Made by a program: the position numbers and the translations under genes
Sequence record: SRR22947727_2782
Direction: 5' to 3' (one strand)
Length of the DNA stretch: 33,074 bases
The notes under the pieces: generated by a model
The model's input: only the letters and a program-made list of their open reading frames with translations
Database searches by the model: none
Told to the model about the DNA's origin: nothing
Shown: positions 26,865 to 33,074 of the stretch, piece after piece
Layout: every line of letters begins with the position of its first letter
How positions within the stretch are numbered: the stretch's first letter is position 1

Positions 26865-28171
26865 GATTTCAAGGGGATTGGAGCAACCACCTGCAGGGCT
26901 CCGGGGTTCACGCTCACAGTGATGGTTTTCTCATCGAGAACTTCACCATCGATCACCAATTTCTGAACATCATCCAGTTCAATTTGTAGTTCTTTGGTTC
27001 GAAAACAAGCAATATTGTTGTTGTGATTGGCGCTACTGCTCATGATCGCTGACCAAGCAAGACTTGAGAGCACCGAAAGCCCACTGATGCGGTCCTTCGG
27101 AGAAGCAACGATCACCTCGAGCAATCCATCGTCTGGAATCACCTCTCCAAAACCCTGGGCCATCACGGATGTGGCCGGAGCGGCATTGGCCATCGTGATC
27201 GCGCTGGCATCAAGCCTGTATTCCTTTCCATCAATCTGCATCGTGGCGTGGAAAGGTTGCTGATCCACCAGCTGCCGGGCACCTGAAAAAATGTAGGCCA
27301 TGGGTCCGAGAATGTTCTTTAATTCACGGCTAGCTTTATCAACCATTCCTGCCTCAAAGCCGAGGCCAGCTAACAAAATCATCGGTCGGTTATTGCAAAG
27401 AGCAACATCAACCCGACGCAGGTTGCCAAGGAGCAAATTGGTGCAAGCGGCCTTCAATCCCGTAGGAATTCCCAGCGCAACCGAAAAGGCATTGGCGGTG
27501 CCACGGGGAATGATGCCAAGGGGAATATTGCTGTTTTGAAGGGCACTAGCAACGGCACCAACCGTGCCATCGCCGCCCGAGGCAATGATGATCGAATCTC
27601 CCTCCCCTTCAGCATCAAAGGCATTGATCTCCTTGATCAAGTCTTTGGCTTGTTCGGCGGGGTCTCGATCGGGTCGCGTCTTCCAAATCTGCAGCATGAA
27701 CTGCGGTTCAAGATAAGAGCGAATTTCGGCCAGCTCGGCTTCAGGATCTCCTTGACCGGAGACGGGATTAAAAATCAGATACCCCCTGCGGCTTCTTTTC
27801 ACGCCCTGCATCAACGCCGATGCCGTCGCTGGATTCAGGGCAACCGGCAGGTCTTGGAGCAGTGCTGCACGAACCAAAGGCTCAGACAACACATCCCTGG
27901 CATGACGTTCAGGTGGAGAGGGGAAGTGAATGAGACCACTGATCTCACCGTTGAGGATCGTGGCGGCCATCGCAATGTCTCCGCCTTGGCGAATCGCCCG
28001 AGCCTGAACGATCGAGAGGCCCTGCAGGGGATAGCGCTTCGCGAGCTCCTGCAGCACGTCTTCTGCGATCAAGAGTGAAAACCCAGATAGCAGTTGGGTG
28101 TTGTTGATGATCCACGTCCCAAGGGCTGGGCAGACGTCTAAATCAGCGTTCAGGACAAGGGTTGAGGGCAT
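26861..28171 (-). CDS. Methylglyoxal-synthase-like domain fused to YegS/BmrU (DAGK) lipid kinase
   Basis: N-terminal GGDIAMA...PVALNPATA (MGS fold). C-terminal IFNPVSG, ASGGDGTV, IPRGTANAF, GLGFEA, DDGLLEV and IDGE. Confidence 0.88.
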   Translation of the reverse strand: MPSTLVLNADLDVCPALGTWIINNTQLLSGFSLLIAEDVLQELAKRYPLQGLSIVQARAIRQGGDIAMAATILNGEISGLIHFPSPPERHARDVLSEPLVRAALLQDLPVALNPATASALMQGVKRSRRGYLIFNPVSGQGDPEAELAEIRSYLEPQFMLQIWKTRPDRDPAEQAKDLIKEINAFDAEGEGDSIIIASGGDGTVGAVASALQNSNIPLGIIPRGTANAFSVALGIPTGLKAACTNLLLGNLRRVDVALCNNRPMILLAGLGFEAGMVDKASRELKNILGPMAYIFSGARQLVDQQPFHATMQIDGKEYRLDASAITMANAAPATSVMAQGFGEVIPDDGLLEVIVASPKDRISGLSVLSSLAWSAIMSSSANHNNNIACFRTKELQIELDDVQKLVIDGEVLDEKTITVSVNPGALQVVAPIPLKS

Positions 28172-28194
28172 GGCTTGGTCATGGGATAAGTCGT

Positions 28195-29049
28195 TCAGGG
28201 ACGCAGCGCTTGTTGCTCGAGCTCGCAGTCGATGCCGTTTGCGTTTTGATTCAGCGCTTGTTGCGCCTTGATTTCTGCTGCTGCTGCTCGTAAATCAGCG
28301 CGAAAGACGGGGTTGGCGTGCAGTTGGGCCACGGTTGCTGAGCCGATGAGCTGCCCCGCTTGCACGTCGCTGTACCAGTGCACATTGCAGACGTTTCGGC
28401 TCTTTCCATACTCAATCCCGCGTTGGAGAATTTGATCCTGTTGGCTTGGAGCAATCTCACTGAGGATCAGAGCCCAGGCCCAGCCCACTGATGTGTGCCC
28501 CGACGGATAAGAGCCGTCGGATCGGAGTATCGACTCATCTTCAGGGGTGCAGATCGACTGTCTATTGCTCACGAATGGCCTAGGCCGTTGGTAGTGCATC
28601 TTTGCTTTGTAAGAAGCAAGTCCCGCGTCGGTCAGTGAGCGACGCAGGAGCGTATACAGCCTGGGTGTTCGCTCCTCAGAAATCTCAACTCCCAAACTGC
28701 AGGAAAAAATTGACGCAGCAGCAGGGAAGTTGAGATCGGCATCCGTTGCGGCTTGGTTCCAGCGTGGGGTCTCCTGAAGAGCAATGTTGAGGTTGGCGTA
28801 CTCATCATCGAGCGCCTGTGCCGCTGATCCTGGAGCAGGCGGCGGAGCAAGCAGCTTTAAGGAATCAGGAAGAGTGTCCTGTGCGAGGTAGCCCTGCACA
28901 AGACCGTGTTTCAGCTCCTTCAGATCAGAAGGGGATCCCACGTTGGATTCACAGTGGCTTGGTGCATCCGCGGCTTGAACAGGACCTCCAAGCGGCAGCC
29001 CCCCACCGAGCAAAGCCAAGATCAACAGACTGGTTTCAAGCCGGGGCAT
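28195..29049 (-). CDS. Class A non-specific acid phosphatase (PAP2 family), secreted
   Basis: KMHYQRPRP, SYPSGH and SRNVCNVHWYSDV; signal peptide ending VQA|A. Confidence 0.92.
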   Translation of the reverse strand: MPRLETSLLILALLGGGLPLGGPVQAADAPSHCESNVGSPSDLKELKHGLVQGYLAQDTLPDSLKLLAPPPAPGSAAQALDDEYANLNIALQETPRWNQAATDADLNFPAAASIFSCSLGVEISEERTPRLYTLLRRSLTDAGLASYKAKMHYQRPRPFVSNRQSICTPEDESILRSDGSYPSGHTSVGWAWALILSEIAPSQQDQILQRGIEYGKSRNVCNVHWYSDVQAGQLIGSATVAQLHANPVFRADLRAAAAEIKAQQALNQNANGIDCELEQQALRP

Positions 29050-29142
29050 TAGAGAACAAAAACTTCCCTAAGCATTAGCTACTGGATTCGACAGCAAACA
29101 TCGGAAGGGATGAATTGAGCACGATTCGGATCAACTCACATC

Positions 29143-29991
29143 TCAGGCTGAATCCGCCGCACAACGGAATCCCATATGGCAGGTTGCTGTATCAGTTGTT
29201 TGTCCCATCAAAGCCGCTGGCCTGAAGCGATGGCAGTAGTTCTCAGCACAAAGGAAGGATCCACCTTTGATGATCCGACGCTCCTGCTCACCTTTGGGAA
29301 CCGGAAACAACGTGGAGGTCCACTCCCAAACATTGCCGCACATGTCGACAAGGCCGTAGCCGTTAGCGGGAAACGATCCCACCGGAGACGTCCAGAACCA
29401 TCCGTCCGTCTGTTCATTTGTCCAAGGGAACGCTCCTTGCCAAACATTGGCAAGCCACTGACCACCTGGAGTCATCTCCGCACCCCAGGAATAGTTCTGC
29501 TGAACCAAGCCACCTCTGGCAGCCACCTCCCATTCATCAGCAGTCGGTAAACGTTTGCCAATCCATTGGGCGTAAGCAAGGGCGTCTTCATAAGCAAGAT
29601 GAACCACAGGGTGATCCATCTTGTCGGCGATGCTGGAATCAGGCCCCTGGGGATGCCGCCAATCGGCTCCTTCGATCAAGGCCCACCAAGACATTGGTTG
29701 ATTGCGATCCACCGTTGGAGGAGGCGGAATAAACACCGCTGATTCTGGCTTCTGTTGATCAGGCGGAAGATTGGGATACAAGACAGGATCGGGCGGCTTT
29801 TCAGAGACCGTGACGTATCCAGTCTCAGAGACAAAACACGAATACTCGCTATTGGTAACAGGAGTTTCGTCGATCTTGAAAGACTTGATTTGAATAGAAC
29901 GAACAGGCGCTTCTTCTGGATAAAAAGAGTCGGAACCGATTGAGTATTCACCTGATGGAATAATAATCATTCGACCGTGTTGATTGCTCAT
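29143..29991 (-). CDS. Formylglycine-generating enzyme (sulfatase-modifying factor, SUMF1-like)
   Basis: FYPEEAP, PVTN, WRHPQGP, HPVVH, RLPTADEWE, GNVWEW, KGGSFLCAENYC and HMGFRC. Confidence 0.92.
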   Translation of the reverse strand: MSNQHGRMIIIPSGEYSIGSDSFYPEEAPVRSIQIKSFKIDETPVTNSEYSCFVSETGYVTVSEKPPDPVLYPNLPPDQQKPESAVFIPPPPTVDRNQPMSWWALIEGADWRHPQGPDSSIADKMDHPVVHLAYEDALAYAQWIGKRLPTADEWEVAARGGLVQQNYSWGAEMTPGGQWLANVWQGAFPWTNEQTDGWFWTSPVGSFPANGYGLVDMCGNVWEWTSTLFPVPKGEQERRIIKGGSFLCAENYCHRFRPAALMGQTTDTATCHMGFRCAADSA

Positions 29992-30087
29992 GAAAAGAAT
30001 AATTTTAAAGTAGACTCAATCCAAATCTAAAAGCATGCTAATCCAATCCTTTAGAAGCATCATCCCAACCACGGCAACCAACAGATG

Positions 30088-30117
30088 CAGGGTGAAAAGA
30101 TCAATTTTTACACCCTG
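30088..30117. terminator. Stem-loop downstream of the outer-membrane protein gene (possible terminator or processing site)
   Basis: CAGGGTG-AAAA...TTTT-A-CACCCTG inverted repeat about 30 nt past the stop at 30149. No clear U-tract. Confidence 0.35.
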
Positions 30118-30148
30118 ACATTAGCGTCATCAATGACAGTTGAAGGGC

Positions 30149-31159
30149 TTAGCTACCAGTTGGGAACAAGAACTGAACCTGTGCGCGCAATGTCCAATCG
30201 CCGATGAGAGTTTCGCCAGCAACCTCTGGCTTAATTGCGTTGTAATAAGCGCTAAGAGAAGCATTGACTGGCTGCTTGCCGAGCACAAAAACGCGACCAA
30301 AGCCAGCACCGACAGGAACTGTCCAACCCTTATTATCAGGGGTATTCCAATTCGCAGTAATAATGGGAGAGCTGGTCAAATACCACCCCTTAGGAAGGTT
30401 GTAATTCAAAAAAGGCTGGATCAACATTTTATTGACATCATTTTTCTTGCCATCTCCAGCGAATGACCAAATATTATTAATCAAACCGCCGGCAACGATT
30501 TTTCCTTTTGTGTAAACCAAAACACCCGTAGGACCAGCACTCCACTGCCCGGAACTAAGCCTGCTGTCAGTCGCCGTTGGGAGAACCACGGTAGGTCCCA
30601 CACCAACCGTGAAATTGCCTTTCAACGTGGGTACCAAGAACACCGAAGGATTGATATCTCCAAGTGCCTGAATCGAGGTACCGCCAACCCACGGCTGGGA
30701 AATAAAAGGAACAATCGTGCGTGTGACCAATGTCAGGCCATCGCTCACCTTGAAGGGAATAACCGGCTGCACATTGACTACATTTTGAGTCTGATTCTGC
30801 TTGGCCTTGGGGTCCAAAAGATTCGGCGCCCATTGCGTATTTGGAGTGCTGTTCCACTGAATGGGAAGGCTGATCAAACTGGCAATCGGGTTTTGCGCCG
30901 CCTTCGCCAACGAACCCTCCTCCGCAGCAACCGATTCGCCTGGAGTCACCGTGACCGGTTGATTATCCGTACCAGGAGGTTGACCGTCGGCAGAAGCCTG
31001 TGCAATTTCACTATGAACGAGAGGCGTGAAATCAAAATCAACAGGGTCGGCGACCAAAAACTCAGACTTCTCTTGCGCCTCAGCAACGGAAGGGGCCAGA
31101 AGGGCCACACATCCAAGTAGCCATGCCAGGCCTAAACGCCCACGGAAACGCGAAATCAT
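30149..31159 (-). CDS. Putative outer-membrane beta-barrel/transporter (family often labelled neuromedin U)
   Basis: Signal peptide ending AEA|Q, LAKAAQNPIASLISLP, QPVIPF, QPFLNYNL, WTVPVG and C-terminal QVQFLFP. Confidence 0.72.
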   Translation of the reverse strand: MISRFRGRLGLAWLLGCVALLAPSVAEAQEKSEFLVADPVDFDFTPLVHSEIAQASADGQPPGTDNQPVTVTPGESVAAEEGSLAKAAQNPIASLISLPIQWNSTPNTQWAPNLLDPKAKQNQTQNVVNVQPVIPFKVSDGLTLVTRTIVPFISQPWVGGTSIQALGDINPSVFLVPTLKGNFTVGVGPTVVLPTATDSRLSSGQWSAGPTGVLVYTKGKIVAGGLINNIWSFAGDGKKNDVNKMLIQPFLNYNLPKGWYLTSSPIITANWNTPDNKGWTVPVGAGFGRVFVLGKQPVNASLSAYYNAIKPEVAGETLIGDWTLRAQVQFLFPTGS

Positions 31160-31303
31160 CAATTTGATCCAAAAACCGATTGAGTTTTATTGCATCAAAC
31201 CAAGCCGACAAGGGCATCCCACAAAAATCAGCACGAATGGGATCAGATTCAGCAGCAATAACAAATTGCCCCGCCTAAGTTTCAGCGAATCTCAATTCCA
31301 TAC

Positions 31304-32368
31304 GTGACACGCTTTCTGCCCCTGGCTCTCATCGCTCCACTAAGCATGCTGTGCGTGGAAGCATCGATGAAACCGTTACTCGCGGCAGAAATCGTTGATA
31401 CCAATGAAACTCAGATTGAGACTGATGTAGTAGCCAACGTCGATCCTGAAATCTCTCAAACAGAAGAAATTGCACCCCTCGTGCTCAGTCAAGCGAATAA
31501 TGAAGAAACGCAATCCGAACAGGAACAAGACGAGGAAGACAGCTGGCGTGTGTACCTGGATCTCTATTCCTTCCTAGTTCCAACCACTTACAGCACAACA
31601 ACCATCAACGGCAATACAAGCAGCGCGGAACAATCCCTCTCGGATGTGCTTAGTTCGCTCGATGGAGTGCTCACCTTTAAAGCACAAGTTGAATATGGCC
31701 GATTCGGGTTCATGGCCGGTGTCAATCACGGGAGCCAGTCCGGAAGCGGATCCAAATCCTTCTTTAAGGAAACAACGAACCCATTGCCCGATCAGCTCGG
31801 ACTTCCTCCACAGAGCACGGTTCGCGTCGATGGAGATCTAGATGTTGACGTTGATGTCAATCAAACCATCGTTGATCTGGCCTTCCGCTACCGAGCAGGA
31901 GCGATTCAGAAACCACGGATGAAAAAAGGAAGTAGCAGTTTTCTTGGCCTGCTTGGAGCCCGAGTGATCGACGCCAACCTCAACACCAGCTGGTCCGTTC
32001 GCAATGAAACCACCGTTTCCGTGGAAGGTCAGGAAGTAAGCCCTGAGAACACGCGTGAACTGGAGAAAGCCTCCAGCGAAAGCTGGGGTAACACCTGGGT
32101 GCAACCGCTGATCGGTGCCTTCGGCACCTATGCCATCAGTGAAGACTGGCAGGCGTTTGCCTACCTGGATGCCGGCGGGTTTGGCTTAAGCGGAGAACAG
32201 GATCTGAGCGGAACGGCGCAGGCAGGCATTGCCTACGCCCTTGGAAACTCAGCCCAAATCTCCCTTTCCTATAAGTACTTCGGGCTTGATTACGCCGGAG
32301 GCGGAGGCAACGCCTACAGCGTGGACCAAAGCGGCGTGAACCTTGGCCTGCGCTGGCTGTTTGACTGA
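31304..32368 (+). CDS. Putative outer-membrane beta-barrel protein
   Basis: Signal-like N-terminus, acidic linker, amphipathic strands (WVQPLIG, DAGGFG, LSYKYFGLDY) and C-terminal GVNLGLRWLFD. Confidence 0.72.
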   Translation: MTRFLPLALIAPLSMLCVEASMKPLLAAEIVDTNETQIETDVVANVDPEISQTEEIAPLVLSQANNEETQSEQEQDEEDSWRVYLDLYSFLVPTTYSTTTINGNTSSAEQSLSDVLSSLDGVLTFKAQVEYGRFGFMAGVNHGSQSGSGSKSFFKETTNPLPDQLGLPPQSTVRVDGDLDVDVDVNQTIVDLAFRYRAGAIQKPRMKKGSSSFLGLLGARVIDANLNTSWSVRNETTVSVEGQEVSPENTRELEKASSESWGNTWVQPLIGAFGTYAISEDWQAFAYLDAGGFGLSGEQDLSGTAQAGIAYALGNSAQISLSYKYFGLDYAGGGGNAYSVDQSGVNLGLRWLFD

Positions 32369-32408
32369 TAGTCATTCACACAACATCGGGCATAGAAAAC
32401 GTCAAGTC

Positions 32409-32436
32409 AAAAAGCCCGGGTTAAAAACCCGGGCTT
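32409..32436 (-). terminator. Rho-independent terminator between convergent genes
   Basis: Perfect 11-bp stem AAGCCCGGGTT-AAA-AACCCGGGCTT (32412-32436) ending in a U run on the minus strand. Confidence 0.8.
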
Positions 32437-32441
32437 CAAAG

Positions 32442-33074
32442 TTATTGAACGGGCTGAAACTGAGGTAGTTTCCAGCTGCCATCGAAATACGACTTTGTTG
32501 GAGAGTAAACACGAATAGCCACATTCCAACCCGGATAAATATCAAGATAATTATCCTGATTTTTATCTCCACCTAGATGAATAACATATTCACCTTTTTC
32601 ATTGGCCTTGGCAAATGCACTGTTGACATTATATTTTTCACCGGTTGAAAACCCTTTGGCGTCATACACCGTGACGGACCAGAAAGCCCGAGGATCACTG
32701 GGCACATCCTTCATCACAAGAGTGTGAGGCTCGATGGAGTCAACAATCTTGGGGAAGGGATAGACGGCTCCTTGCTTAGGCAATCCACCCCAGCCCACTG
32801 CAACGCCGAAATTACGCAGCTCATCGCTGATCTCTCCCCTTTTGCCAAAGGCGTTCTCCGAGGTCACACCCTCGGGTTCACGGCGACTGTTGTAATCGGC
32901 ACGCAGATCAAGAATCTCCTGCATGTTGTAGCGATGGTTAGAGATAAATTCACCTCTGCTGGCCTGCTCCAAACCAATTTGCTTTTGAACAGCAGCGGCG
33001 GCTTGCAAATCAGCGGGATCCTGCATGTTCACCTGTGTGCGCACAAACGCGAACACATAGCGACTCCCTATGGC
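32442..33074 (-). CDS. DUF1254/DUF1214 family protein, C-terminal part (5' end outside the window)
   Basis: The frame stays open to the window edge (AIGSRYV...). Motifs GWGGLP, AFWSVTVYD, GWNVAIRVYSP and DGSWKLP. Confidence 0.85.
   Translation of the reverse strand, partial: AIGSRYVFAFVRTQVNMQDPADLQAAAAVQKQIGLEQASRGEFISNHRYNMQEILDLRADYNSRREPEGVTSENAFGKRGEISDELRNFGVAVGWGGLPKQGAVYPFPKIVDSIEPHTLVMKDVPSDPRAFWSVTVYDAKGFSTGEKYNVNSAFAKANEKGEYVIHLGGDKNQDNYLDIYPGWNVAIRVYSPTKSYFDGSWKLPQFQPVQ

Noticed and set aside
29200-29260. FGE inactive because it reads RPAALMG instead of RPAAR
   Set aside because: Both catalytic-region cysteines (CAENYC) and all other motifs are present; one substitution is insufficient evidence.

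Overview
Bacterial genomic DNA, most consistent with a picocyanobacterium (Synechococcus/Cyanobium-like gene content; inferred, not proven). It is mostly accessory DNA in three blocks. (1) 1-10.9 kb is a cell-surface island. It starts with the 5' end of a YadA-head (trimeric autotransporter-like) adhesin that the ORF track misses. Divergent from it is a five-gene translationally coupled operon: sulfotransferase-TPR-GT41 fusion, second sulfotransferase, GNAT-like protein, His-box desaturase and DUF707-like glycosyltransferase. A convergent array follows: GT2, a broken vapBC remnant, a RaxST-like sulfotransferase, MNT-HEPN and YefM-YoeB. (2) 10.9-18 kb is a GC-richer stretch with a GH116 glycosidase, an MFS transporter, two secreted proteins and another sulfotransferase. 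(3) 18-33 kb is an organosulfate/phosphoester scavenging region: two AraC regulators (one frameshifted), arylsulfatase, FGE, BASS transporter, DUF202, DUF1622, metallophosphoesterase, MGS-lipid kinase fusion, class A acid phosphatase, two putative outer-membrane barrels and a partial DUF1254/DUF1214 gene. The best candidate for an undescribed system is the adhesin plus its divergent glycosylation/sulfation/acylation operon. No rRNA, tRNA, CRISPR, integrase or transposase was recognised. All family calls come from motifs read by eye; no database searches were run.
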